25,821 bases of DNA from a virus (IMGVR_UViG_3300016476_000066:1-25821), one strand, 5' to 3'. Counted from the stretch's first letter, positions 16,609 to 25,447 are shown. The notes: generated by a model not told the origin, from the sequence alone. Numbers and translations are program-made.

Positions 16609-17430
16609 TTATTGCACAGTCCAACTTTCAGCAGGAACTGAAGTTGGCGTCCAAGTCTCAGCAGGCACAGCCTGCAATGTCCATGTTTCAGCTGCAACAG
16701 AAGATGCTGTCCAAGTTTCAGAAGACACCGACTGAGCCGCCCACGATTCCGACACAACAGTTTCGGGCTCCCAAAGGAAGCGAGCATTTGCCGTCATATT
16801 AGACTGAGCCTGTATCAATTCCGATACAGAGAAAGTCCTGACAGCAGCCGCTGCTGCACCAGAAACTACTGCGATTGTCTCAGAGGCAGAATAATACACT
16901 ATGGCAGAATTAGCCATATTAGACGATGCAGCCGCCGTAAAGGATGCACCACGGATTACATCGGCATCTGAAGTCGCGCCAGACTGTGCGTCAATCTGAA
17001 CAGCTGCAAGCTGCGCCACATAAGCAGCAGCTGATGCGCCAGATATTACGGCCATATCAGCCGCAGCTTGTTTAATCAGAAAACCGTTAGCCGCAGCCGT
17101 GCTGGTGACATTTACTGTCGTTGCAGCTGTCTGGACGAGAGCAGACGCTGCCGACATACCAGACGATGCAGCAATCGTCACTGAGCAGACTTCTACGTCT
17201 GCCGCAAAGGCTGCCGCTGATGTCGTAACAGCAGCCTGACAGGCAGCAAGAAGAACCTTGCCGCCGTTCGCAGACATTTCAGATTGTACTTGTACGGATA
17301 CAGAGGCTGACGATGTTTTAGATGCAACCGCTGTGGCAGCAGACGTTGCAGCAGCAGCAAAGGCGGCTTCTAGGACATAGCCAGAGCCGTATAGACCTTC
17401 GCCATAGTCTGCAACGCCATAATCAGCCAC
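16609..17430 (-). CDS. Ala/Ser-rich repeat structural protein (10x20-aa plus 5x10-aa repeats)
   Basis: GTG start; periodicity read directly from the translation. Confidence 0.75.
   Translation of the reverse strand: MADYGVADYGEGLYGSGYVLEAAFAAAATSAATAVASKTSSASVSVQVQSEMSANGGKVLLAACQAAVTTSAAAFAADVEVCSVTIAASSGMSAASALVQTAATTVNVTSTAAANGFLIKQAAADMAVISGASAAAYVAQLAAVQIDAQSGATSDADVIRGASFTAAASSNMANSAIVYYSASETIAVVSGAAAAAVRTFSVSELIQAQSNMTANARFLWEPETVVSESWAAQSVSSETWTASSVAAETWTLQAVPAETWTPTSVPAESWTVQ
16612..16773 (-). repeat. Five degenerate 30-bp (10-aa) repeats WxxxxVxxE[ST]
   Basis: [54 protein letters not shown]. Confidence 0.9.
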
Positions 17431-17436
17431 GGCTCA

Positions 17437-17829
17437 TCAGTCCAGAGTAACGTCAATTTCACCCGTGTTGAAGCGCAGAACATCGCCGCTATCGACAGTC
17501 TTTGATGTCGTAAGGTCAGCAAATGCCAACAGGTTACCGCTTGTGGAAGCATCAAAAATGCCAGCTGCCACAATCGTGCCCCAGCTCCCTGTTGCCGCAG
17601 GAAACTCAACGGCAGCACTGTTGCTTGCAGTTGTGGGCGCTGTGCCAGAAACAGTGAACGTCACCGCTGTGCGAGCATAGGAGCCGCCAGAAACCTCAGT
17701 GCCTCCACCAGCTTCGCCGGGAGCAACTGTATAAAGAGCGACATACCAAGCAGTCGGACGGGTAGCCGCAGCATTCGTCAGAAGCCAATCAAGAACAAGG
17801 TCTTCAGAGTAGTTGGTAAACCCGGCCAT
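17437..17829 (-). CDS. Small beta-rich virion fibre subunit
   Basis: 130 aa; YVALYT..P...GGGTEVSGGSYAR..VTF...FPAATGSWGTI...GIFDASTSGNLL is a widespread phage structural-protein pattern. Confidence 0.75.
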   Translation of the reverse strand: MAGFTNYSEDLVLDWLLTNAAATRPTAWYVALYTVAPGEAGGGTEVSGGSYARTAVTFTVSGTAPTTASNSAAVEFPAATGSWGTIVAAGIFDASTSGNLLAFADLTTSKTVDSGDVLRFNTGEIDVTLD

Positions 17830-18446
17830 TAGTAAGCCCTCCGAGTGCGTGCGATCAGCGGCGAGCCGCTATGTAGTGATTTCTGGGATTCGCCATTCAA
17901 CCCTTCAACGCGAGACGTATAGAAGGAGGCAAACGTAGGAATGCGCTCATCGTTGATCAGGAACGGAGCAGCATGAGTCAAAGCACCATAGAGGTACACA
18001 TCTGGGGCTTTAGTCAAAAGCCAGTTAGTCGTGTTTGCTTCTGTCAAAGCCGGGATTTTGCCGTAGTAAACCATCTCAATCTCAACATCATCGGTTGGAG
18101 CTGGAACCAGCTCAATCGCACCGTTCATGAGAGAGTAGGCGACAATCTGCGTATATGCCTGGGAGCGGTTGATAATGTCAGCCTCATCAAGCGTGACATA
18201 TCGAAGGGGAGACGTACCATCAACGATCTGAAGGTTAAGAGCCTCAACCCAGTCAGCAGGAAGTTGGACGTACTCTTGATCACTCGTCGCATTAGCGCGG
18301 ACGATCATCTCACGACAACGCAAACGCGTGTTGAGATCAGCCTCAACAAACTGAATGAACATCGGGATTTGAGACGTCAAATCCTGACGATTCAAGTAGT
18401 CTGCAATCGCGCTCTGAAGCGTTGAATAGTTGGTAATCGTAGTCAT
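17829..18446 (-). CDS. Head-tail adaptor (tubular protein A-like)
   Basis: ITNYSTLQSAIADYLNRQDL...FIQFVEADLN...NWLLTKAPDVYLYGAL; position after the capsid genes. Confidence 0.8.
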   Translation of the reverse strand: MTTITNYSTLQSAIADYLNRQDLTSQIPMFIQFVEADLNTRLRCREMIVRANATSDQEYVQLPADWVEALNLQIVDGTSPLRYVTLDEADIINRSQAYTQIVAYSLMNGAIELVPAPTDDVEIEMVYYGKIPALTEANTTNWLLTKAPDVYLYGALTHAAPFLINDERIPTFASFYTSRVEGLNGESQKSLHSGSPLIARTRRAY

Positions 18447-18775
18447 CAGCTTGTGATCCGGTGATTACGATATGGCGCAGCCGCGTCAGATCGAAGCCAT
18501 TTGCGAAAAGCCATCTTGTCTTTCAAGATGCCTTTTTCTTGAAGCTCAAGATACACCATCATCGGCAGAGAAGCCACTTTCACCATACCATCAGGCAGGC
18601 GCTCAGTGTTGCTGATGTTGTTACGAATTGCCTTGTTCTGCTCTGCAATCCCATCAATGTCCACCACATCCTCAAAGATCAGCTTCTGATCTGTCGTGAT
18701 GTGCATCTTAGTCAGCGTCCCCGTCACGCTGTCGTAACCAAGATTAAATGAACCGGGAGCGTATTCTTCGGCCAT
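18446..18775 (-). CDS. Hypothetical virion-associated protein
   Basis: 109 aa, GGGGGA RBS, coupled to the adaptor gene. Confidence 0.7.
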   Translation of the reverse strand: MAEEYAPGSFNLGYDSVTGTLTKMHITTDQKLIFEDVVDIDGIAEQNKAIRNNISNTERLPDGMVKVASLPMMVYLELQEKGILKDKMAFRKWLRSDAAAPYRNHRITS

Positions 18776-18793
18776 CTATTCCCCCAAGGAAGA

Positions 18794-18815
18794 GGGGCGG
18801 GAGAAATCCCGCCCC
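18794..18815 (-). terminator. GC-rich hairpin after the major capsid gene (weak/partial terminator)
   Basis: Minus strand reads GGGGCGGGA-TTTC-TCCCGCCCC, a 9-bp perfect stem, followed by TCTTCCTT (imperfect U-tract). Confidence 0.7.
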
Positions 18816-18822
18816 ATTATCA

Positions 18823-19800
18823 TCACGAAGCAATGATGTTCGCAATTACTGCATGCGCTTTCTCGCTGCGGACGCGCAGGCCGTATTCCACGACCATTTC
18901 CTTCTTGTCCGAATCGCCAGTCTTGGCGATGTCGAAAGTGCGGAACGGACGGAGATACGAAACCGAAGCGTACTCAGGATCAAGCACGAACGCGAAGTTA
19001 CCGGGCGAGAAGCGGTTCGGGACAATAGCCACTTCACCGAAGTCACCGAGGTAAACGTCAGCGGTCGCAATGATCTTCATCGGCTGCGCAGAATTGTAGT
19101 TCATGCGCTGCTGGGCGAGACCAGAGAACGCAGAAGCCACAGTCTTGTTGTAGGCGTTGACCATGAAGATCGACGGATCACCACCCTGTTCCCAAACCTG
19201 CTGGATAGCAGTCTTGAGCATCGTCTCCGTCAGAGCAACGTCTGTCGAAGTCGAAAGGCTGGTCCAAGCCGTGTCGGGATAGCCGTTGCCGTTAGCGCCG
19301 GACATTTCCGAGACAGTTGCACCGTTGGCCTGCGAGTTGGTGATCAGCCATGTGGGCAGACCAGCAGTCTTACGCGCAGTGGAAGTGTTGCCAGCAACAC
19401 CAGCCTGATTGCTCGTAAGAATGGCTTCCATGTCACGCTTCAGCTCTTTAGCAGCCTTAGCAGTTTGATAAGCCATCTGCGTGCGCATACCAGCATTGTT
19501 CACTGCATCGTCAGTGCCAGACACTGCGATGACCTTGGTGCTGATCTGCGTGTAGTTCGCAACGCGAACAGTGGCAGTGAAATCAGCATCACCAGCGGCT
19601 GCACCTTCGATAGCAGCGTTAGATGTGTTGGCTGCTGCCAGCGCATCCGTCTGCCACTCAAAGTAGGTGTTTTCGCAAGTGTCGCGACCAATGTTGCTCA
19701 TAAAGGGCGTATCAGTCGGGCTGATGTCATAGATGATGTTCGAGAGATCTTCACGAATCGAGTTCGGAGAGTCGTATGTCGTAACCTTGGAGACTGTCAT
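18823..19800 (-). CDS. Major capsid protein (DUF5309/SU10-like HK97 fold)
   Basis: REDLSNIIYDISPTDTPF, FEWQTDAL, NYTQI, ELKRDME and AKTGDSDK...EYGL motifs; follows the scaffold gene. Confidence 0.92.
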   Translation of the reverse strand: MTVSKVTTYDSPNSIREDLSNIIYDISPTDTPFMSNIGRDTCENTYFEWQTDALAAANTSNAAIEGAAAGDADFTATVRVANYTQISTKVIAVSGTDDAVNNAGMRTQMAYQTAKAAKELKRDMEAILTSNQAGVAGNTSTARKTAGLPTWLITNSQANGATVSEMSGANGNGYPDTAWTSLSTSTDVALTETMLKTAIQQVWEQGGDPSIFMVNAYNKTVASAFSGLAQQRMNYNSAQPMKIIATADVYLGDFGEVAIVPNRFSPGNFAFVLDPEYASVSYLRPFRTFDIAKTGDSDKKEMVVEYGLRVRSEKAHAVIANIIAS

Positions 19801-19804
19801 TGTC

Positions 19805-20827
19805 TTACTTCCTGTCTAGCATTGCAAAGAGAGCAGCCGCGTCATTAACGTGGCCCGTTGATTTGAGACGCTGTTTTACCTTCGCAACATCTGTAGCCTG
19901 TCTAGGCGAGGACGCTAGATTACCAGCTCTCATCGGCTTCGGCGCTTCTGCCTTTTTAGGCTGCGGACGATTGGCCTGTAGAGCGTCATACTTGCGTGCC
20001 TTCTCAAGAACCAAGATAGCTCGTGGGTCAGTTGCAGCGGCCAGCTCATCATCTGAGTAGCCAACCGTCTTACCGTATTCACGGAGACGGCCCTGCGCTT
20101 CACGCCACTTAGCCTCATCCTTCCACTCAGGCATTTTTTCGAAGATAAACTTGCGTCCTTCTTCGACAATCTGCTTGAGCTGTTCTTGCTGCTCACGAGA
20201 TTGCTGTGCTCTGATTACCGCCTCTTGCTGCTTCACAGCTTCAAGTTGGGCCTTGTAATCACGCCATTGCTTCTCAATGATCGGAAAGTTGATTGGGTCT
20301 TCTTGGTGCAGTCGCTGCCAATCTGGCTCCTGTGGAACGAATCTCTCCATTTCCATTCGGAGTGCAGTAACAGCCTCTGCATAAGAAGCCTTCTCAGCTT
20401 CCGCTGCCTGACGAATTGCTTCAGCCTCGCGCCGTTGCTCAGCAAGGGCTTGAGTTTTGCGCTGATAATCCGCTTGACGCTGATAACCGTCACGGGCTTC
20501 TTTCAGAGAGACTTTCTCAGCCTTGCCGTCAATGATGACGGTGACGAGAGCATCATCTGGAAGCTCATCGCTAGAGCTATCCTCATCAGAGCCAGTAGAA
20601 TCGCCCTCACCCTCTCCTTCGGATACCTCATCGGTAGCCTCACCTTCAGGAGCGAGCGCGTCAATGGACTCATCCACTGTCGCCTCAGTCTCTTCGACTG
20701 CGGCAGGAGCTGATGCCTTTCTTTCCTCAGTAGGTTGCGGAGCAGGCCCGTCCATAACAGAGGCGAATCGTGCAGCAGCATCTGCAAGACCGAGTTCGCT
20801 AGGCCGCGATTGTTCGGTGTTAGACAT
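19805..20827 (-). CDS. Capsid scaffolding protein
   Basis: Acidic N-terminus, IIDGKAEKVSLKEARDGYQRQADYQRKTQALAE motif, coiled coil, basic C-terminus. Confidence 0.88.
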   Translation of the reverse strand: MSNTEQSRPSELGLADAAARFASVMDGPAPQPTEERKASAPAAVEETEATVDESIDALAPEGEATDEVSEGEGEGDSTGSDEDSSSDELPDDALVTVIIDGKAEKVSLKEARDGYQRQADYQRKTQALAEQRREAEAIRQAAEAEKASYAEAVTALRMEMERFVPQEPDWQRLHQEDPINFPIIEKQWRDYKAQLEAVKQQEAVIRAQQSREQQEQLKQIVEEGRKFIFEKMPEWKDEAKWREAQGRLREYGKTVGYSDDELAAATDPRAILVLEKARKYDALQANRPQPKKAEAPKPMRAGNLASSPRQATDVAKVKQRLKSTGHVNDAAALFAMLDRK

Positions 20828-20842
20828 ATATTTACCCCATTG

Positions 20843-21097
20843 TTACGCTTTTCTCAAGCGTCTGTTGAACCGCGTAAGATCAGGCTCAGCCGCAAGCGCT
20901 GTTAGCTCTGCTTCAAACGCAGCTATGGCGCGCACCATATAGTACGCCTCCATCCGTTTTGCTTCGGCATCAGGGGCAGAGTTTGCCCAATCCTCCGTTG
21001 CATTCTCCCTAAGACGCCGCAGCACTTCCTTGGCCGCAGCGTCTTTAATCAAGCCCTTAGCAGCAGTCCAAAGCTGCTCTTGCTCAAATGTACTCAT
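20843..21097 (-). CDS. Small helical protein between portal and scaffold
   Basis: 84 aa; ATGA overlap with the portal stop. Confidence 0.7.
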   Translation of the reverse strand: MSTFEQEQLWTAAKGLIKDAAAKEVLRRLRENATEDWANSAPDAEAKRMEAYYMVRAIAAFEAELTALAAEPDLTRFNRRLRKA

Positions 21098-23295
21098 TGC
21101 ATCCCCATCGGGGGCAGACCCTGATCAAGGACAGGTGCAACGCTACCAACAGCATTGAACATTCCATTGATCTCTGCCCGCTGCTTATCAACTTCTCCCT
21201 TGATGACAGCCATGTCGATCTGCGCATTGTACTTTGCGTTGATCTCAGCGGCTTTCATCACTGCGTCGATGTAAAGCTTATCGCGCTCAAGGTCAGCCTG
21301 AGCGATAGCCTTCTGCTTCTCCAACTCCTGCTTAGCAGCGTTGATGAGAATGTCAGCCTTGATCTTTTCAGCCTCAACCTGTGCCAGCATTTGAGCAGGA
21401 TCAGGACGCTGGTTCTGAGCCATCTGTTGCTGATACTGCGCAAGCGACTCAGGCGTGACCTGATTCCAGAACTTGTCTGGGTCTTGGAAGCCAGAGAGCT
21501 TCGTAATCTCAGCAAGCGTATCGCGGAACTTCTCAACGCTCACGATAGGATTGTTAGGTCCATACTGAGCGATCAGCTCCTTCTGCTGCTGCAAGATGGT
21601 CATCAGGAACGCCATGCGCTGCTCATCAGAGCCACGCCCAAGCGCAATGTTCACAACCATGTCCATCTTGGCGTCCCAGCCGCGAGGATCAATCGGAACG
21701 AACTTATTACGCAGACGGATAATCTTCGGCTTGTCCTGATGCTGCACGACCATCTGAAGGATGCCTTGGAAGCAGCGCTTCAGGCCATCAGAGAACAGGC
21801 GAGCGATCATCTCAATGCGATCCTGCGAAGAGGACAGTTGAGCTTGAACAGCAGCGCGTGTCGTTGACTGCAAAGCGTCAGCATCCAAGCCCTGAGAAGC
21901 GCGAGAGATGCCTGTACGCTGCGTCTTGATCTCGTCAAGGTAAGACATGACGCCAAGAGCAGCTTGCCCAACGAAAGGCTCTGCAAGAGGCTGGACCATG
22001 CCGGGGGCACGAGCGCGGATAACCGCACCAGTCTCAACATTCATAACATCATCAAGATTTACCTGACCCTCAACGACCACCGTGCGGGGATGGATCGACT
22101 GAGCCAAGCTATCAAGCGTGTTACGCATGATAGAAGACTTGATGAGCTGCAAATCCATCGTCTGATCTGCGATAGACTTACCAAAGATGGTATGTGGTGT
22201 TGGATCAGGCTCCAACAAAGCAAACGGAGCCGACTGAACGACTTCCTGATGCAGGATATAGCCACCATTGCCGACAGAGCAGACCTTATGCAGCTCTGCG
22301 ATGCCGTCACCGTCCTTATCGACACGGATATAGCTCTCAACGTAGAAAACCTTGTCCGTTGATTCATCATTCTGGTTGGTGATGCCGAAGAATGACTGAT
22401 CCGCAGGGTTACGGACGATCACTTCTTGGTTCATCTCAAAGCCGCCAGTTCCGGCGTTCATTTCGATGACTTCGCGGTCATATCCCATAGCCACAAGTTC
22501 AGAAATTGTGGCGAGTTTGCGGCGACCGACATAGAGAGCATCGTCAATAGACGTTGCTTCGTTCTCAATCAGGAACTGCTCAGGCGGGATAGCCTCAACC
22601 ACATACTTCGGCTCGCGGCGAATACGACGAATAGACAAAGAAACGCGGACCTCACCAGTCATGAGGTCAGCTTCTTCTGTCATTGCGTCCATTTCGACGC
22701 CGGGCTCAGATAGAATGAGGTTAGCTTCCTCTGGAAGAAGGCCGGAGTAGTTGTAATACTCCACGCTTTCATCGTCGTACTTGTACCAAGTCAAAACACC
22801 AGTTTTCAGGATAAGCGCATCCTTCATCGCATCATGCAAAATGCGGAAACCGGGGTTCTCTTGGTTGAAGATGTAGTCAACGAGGTCTGTAGCCTGCTCA
22901 GCAGCGGCAATATCTTCAGGACCACGCGGAACAAACTCAAGAATCTTATCGCCGCCAGTGAAGATGCGCAGCAGTGACGGAAGCATCGCGAGTACCGTGT
23001 CGCGAACTTCCGTCAGCACCACCTGAGAACGACCGTCCTCTTCGTTGCCGAAAGCGTCTCCCAGATAATAAGACATAGCGCGTTCGCGCTCAGGTGCAAG
23101 ATAGCTGTCGATGTAAGTCCCAGCATCTTCAATCGCCTGAAACACCACATAACGGAACTCTTCTTCCGTCATTGGCACGTTGTAAGGCGTCAGATAGCCA
23201 GTTTCGTCATTGTAAGACGTATTCTGAGCACCTTCCGCTGACTGCGGAATGAGATCAGGGTTGTAAGTACCCGGCTTGATGCCTTGCGTAGCCAT
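21094..23295 (-). CDS. Portal protein (P22-like podovirus)
   Basis: About 733 aa; GNEEDGRSQVV, FVPRGPED, KDALILKTG motifs and a Gln-rich C-terminal barrel. Start probably ATG 23295 after GAGAGG. Confidence 0.92.
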   Translation of the reverse strand: MATQGIKPGTYNPDLIPQSAEGAQNTSYNDETGYLTPYNVPMTEEEFRYVVFQAIEDAGTYIDSYLAPERERAMSYYLGDAFGNEEDGRSQVVLTEVRDTVLAMLPSLLRIFTGGDKILEFVPRGPEDIAAAEQATDLVDYIFNQENPGFRILHDAMKDALILKTGVLTWYKYDDESVEYYNYSGLLPEEANLILSEPGVEMDAMTEEADLMTGEVRVSLSIRRIRREPKYVVEAIPPEQFLIENEATSIDDALYVGRRKLATISELVAMGYDREVIEMNAGTGGFEMNQEVIVRNPADQSFFGITNQNDESTDKVFYVESYIRVDKDGDGIAELHKVCSVGNGGYILHQEVVQSAPFALLEPDPTPHTIFGKSIADQTMDLQLIKSSIMRNTLDSLAQSIHPRTVVVEGQVNLDDVMNVETGAVIRARAPGMVQPLAEPFVGQAALGVMSYLDEIKTQRTGISRASQGLDADALQSTTRAAVQAQLSSSQDRIEMIARLFSDGLKRCFQGILQMVVQHQDKPKIIRLRNKFVPIDPRGWDAKMDMVVNIALGRGSDEQRMAFLMTILQQQKELIAQYGPNNPIVSVEKFRDTLAEITKLSGFQDPDKFWNQVTPESLAQYQQQMAQNQRPDPAQMLAQVEAEKIKADILINAAKQELEKQKAIAQADLERDKLYIDAVMKAAEINAKYNAQIDMAVIKGEVDKQRAEINGMFNAVGSVAPVLDQGLPPMGMQ

Positions 23296-23297
23296 TT

Positions 23298-23855
23298 TCA
23301 GCCTCTCTTCCTGACCCGCCACCACTGCCAGCCACTCTCTGAGCCGACCTCATGTTGCGGAAAAAACTTTTTCACAGCGGACTTTACACCATCCATAGGG
23401 TAATCGTCACCGCCCATGACGCCGCCGACCTTTAGCTTCGGCCACCAAGCTTCGATGTCAGCCAAGACTTCATCGTGTTCATGCCCTGCATCAACCCAGA
23501 TGAAATCCACGCTGCTATCTTCAAAGTCTTCTGCCACAGCCACTGTGCGCCCTCTATGCACAGAGCAATTAAGCCCGCGCAGAAGTGCAATGTTGCCGTT
23601 AAAAAGCTCAAAAACCCGCTCCAGATCAGGATCAGCTTTGTGCGCAGGCTCATCTGAACCTCCCCAATGATCAACATAGTGGACAGAAATATCCTTTCCT
23701 GAGTTGATGACCTCAACGCCAAGAAAGACCGCAGATTTACCCTTCCAGCACCCTAACTCCACAAAAACAGCACCGTCAGTCGCCTCGCGGACGGCCTGAC
23801 GGTACGGTTCCTTGAAGTTAAACCAGCCCTGAATCTGGTCGTAGAAGTGGTCCAT
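23298..23855 (-). CDS. Class I SAM-dependent methyltransferase (Methyltransf_24-like, O-methyltransferase type)
   Basis: VELGCWKGKS, VDHW and DFIWVDAGHEHDEVLADIEAWWPKLKVGGVMGGDDY motifs. Confidence 0.9.
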   Translation of the reverse strand: MDHFYDQIQGWFNFKEPYRQAVREATDGAVFVELGCWKGKSAVFLGVEVINSGKDISVHYVDHWGGSDEPAHKADPDLERVFELFNGNIALLRGLNCSVHRGRTVAVAEDFEDSSVDFIWVDAGHEHDEVLADIEAWWPKLKVGGVMGGDDYPMDGVKSAVKKFFPQHEVGSESGWQWWRVRKRG

Positions 23856-24022
23856 TACTTCTTCTTTTTGCTCATCCCAGCTTCTGACAAGGCAATCGCA
23901 ATCGCCTGCTTGCGAGATTTAGCCATAGGAGCCTTCTTCGGTCCTTTAGGGTTCACACCAGCGTGAAGTTTGCCACGCTTGTACTCGCCCATGACCTTGG
24001 CAATCTTATCCAAGCTTTTCAT
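23855..24022 (-). CDS. Small basic DUF6496-like protein
   Basis: KIAKVMGEYKRGKLHAG...KSRKQAIAIALSEAG; start ATG 24022 after GAGGAGG. Confidence 0.75.
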   Translation of the reverse strand: MKSLDKIAKVMGEYKRGKLHAGVNPKGPKKAPMAKSRKQAIAIALSEAGMSKKKK

Positions 24023-24695
24023 CTTCAGCCTCCTCAATGCGAGCAATAGCTTCTGCTAGTGCTTCATCATCAGCACGAGCAACTTCCGTATGCTCATGTC
24101 CAAATTCGAACGACCCGATATGATGAATCTCAACTGACGCATCATGGTCGATCAAAATCTTGTAGCCGTGCGCCTTCGCCAACTGACAGAAGTACATATC
24201 TTCACCAGCCCACATACGCGCTGAAGGAAGATAGTGAATCTGGAACCAAGGATAGGGGAGCTTGCGGAAGACTTCAGCCTTCACAAGCATTGCACCCATT
24301 CCAACTGCGTCACACTCTTCCAGACCTGTCTTATCCATTGAATAGATATAAGACAGATTGGCGAAGTCTTTGAACGCAACCGTCTTAACAGGCAGTCGCC
24401 GCGTTGCGTAGTTGCAAGCAACGATGTCCTTGTCGTGCTTAGCCAAACGATCAACCAAGTTTGGCGGGAAACGCATATCACTATCCAAGAACAGGATATG
24501 CGTTGCTCCTTGCTTCAAGCTCAACTCAACAAGCTTGGTCCTTTGATCAGCAATCAAAGTGCCGTTGAGAAAGTTCAGGTTGAACGTAGTGCCTGCTGGG
24601 GCGTTGCCGTAGAAGCGCGCCGCCAGCATGGCTAGATCATACGAAAAACCTGTGTTCACAGTCTCCCGTGCGGGAACACAGATGCTAAGGTTCAT
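24006..24695 (-). CDS. Glycosyltransferase, GT-A/GT2-like
   Basis: THILFLDSDMRFP (DxD), GMGAMLVKAEVF, GEDMYFC and HIG motifs. Confidence 0.88.
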   Translation of the reverse strand: MNLSICVPARETVNTGFSYDLAMLAARFYGNAPAGTTFNLNFLNGTLIADQRTKLVELSLKQGATHILFLDSDMRFPPNLVDRLAKHDKDIVACNYATRRLPVKTVAFKDFANLSYIYSMDKTGLEECDAVGMGAMLVKAEVFRKLPYPWFQIHYLPSARMWAGEDMYFCQLAKAHGYKILIDHDASVEIHHIGSFEFGHEHTEVARADDEALAEAIARIEEAEDEKLG

Positions 24696-25207
24696 CAGTC
24701 CATTTCCCCATCTTCAGATGAGTACATTTCGCCCTCATCCTCTTCATACTCATCTTCGTCTTCGCCTTCTTCGTCTGTGATTGGTCCACCGACGATCCAT
24801 GCAGAGCAAGTTCTCTTTGCTGCGCATTTGAAGTCGAAGATTTCGCAAAACCCAAGATCACCCGCTTCAACAGTCTCAGAGGCAGCTTCTTCGTTCCCAT
24901 CAGACAAGCCCTCTTGGATGCACTTCAGCATCTTTGACGTCTGATCGAAGGCAGCGCAATTCCCACAACGCATGGTCTTGGCTTCTTCCGCAGGAACATC
25001 CCACTTAGCAGCCATTTTTGCCCAATAATCCTCGTTAGGCTCATCAGGGTTCATGGGGCCATACATCGCAACCTTAATCGCCTTACCGCGATTCTTGAGG
25101 TTCATGGTGATGTCGCGAGTTGCAGCAGGGCACGAGCGATCCATCTCGCCCTCACCCATCATCTCTTTCATTCTGGGAGAAAGAAGCCCGTTCGGCATCT
25201 CAACCAT
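24695..25207 (-). CDS. Cys-rich protein with HiPIP-like motif and acidic tail
   Basis: CGNCAAF...GFCEIF...TCSAW; 7 Cys in total; Glu/Asp-rich C-terminus. Confidence 0.6.
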   Translation of the reverse strand: MVEMPNGLLSPRMKEMMGEGEMDRSCPAATRDITMNLKNRGKAIKVAMYGPMNPDEPNEDYWAKMAAKWDVPAEEAKTMRCGNCAAFDQTSKMLKCIQEGLSDGNEEAASETVEAGDLGFCEIFDFKCAAKRTCSAWIVGGPITDEEGEDEDEYEEDEGEMYSSEDGEMD

Positions 25208-25446
25208 TATTTGAAGCCAACCATGAGAGTGGCTGTCGAAGTCGCAAGAACCTTCTGCGTGCGGATCGGAATGATCGTGCCAACAGGAACAGCCTTGAAG
25301 GTCACTGTCGTACCGCCTTCAGTCACAACAGACACATCACCTGTGCCGCCGACATAAATGCCAGAGTAGGCATTGCTTGCAGTCGCAGATGTCGTGATCG
25401 ACTCAGCGTCACCCCATACACGACCGTTAGCCAAAAACGTGCTCAT
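25207..25446 (-). CDS. Head-spike base protein, RcGTA Rcc01079-like
   Basis: IYVGGTGDVSVVTEGGTTVTFKAVPVGTIIPIRTQKVLATSTAT matches the family pattern as recalled (lYvG..Gdl.v....G..vtF..vp.G.ilPir..rV.aTgTtA). Confidence 0.75.
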   Translation of the reverse strand: MSTFLANGRVWGDAESITTSATASNAYSGIYVGGTGDVSVVTEGGTTVTFKAVPVGTIIPIRTQKVLATSTATLMVGFK

Positions 25447-25447
25447 G

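Noticed and set aside
18817-18825. Capsid read-through or extension
   Set aside because: The gene ends TGA TGA TAA in frame, followed by a hairpin.
18748-19848. 366-aa plus-strand ORF
   Set aside because: Antisense shadow of the strongly codon-biased capsid gene; no recognisable motifs.
23298-23855. DNA methyltransferase
   Set aside because: No DPPY/NPPY or PC motif; the D-x-x-H and GG...DDY pattern fits small-molecule/glycan O-methyltransferases.
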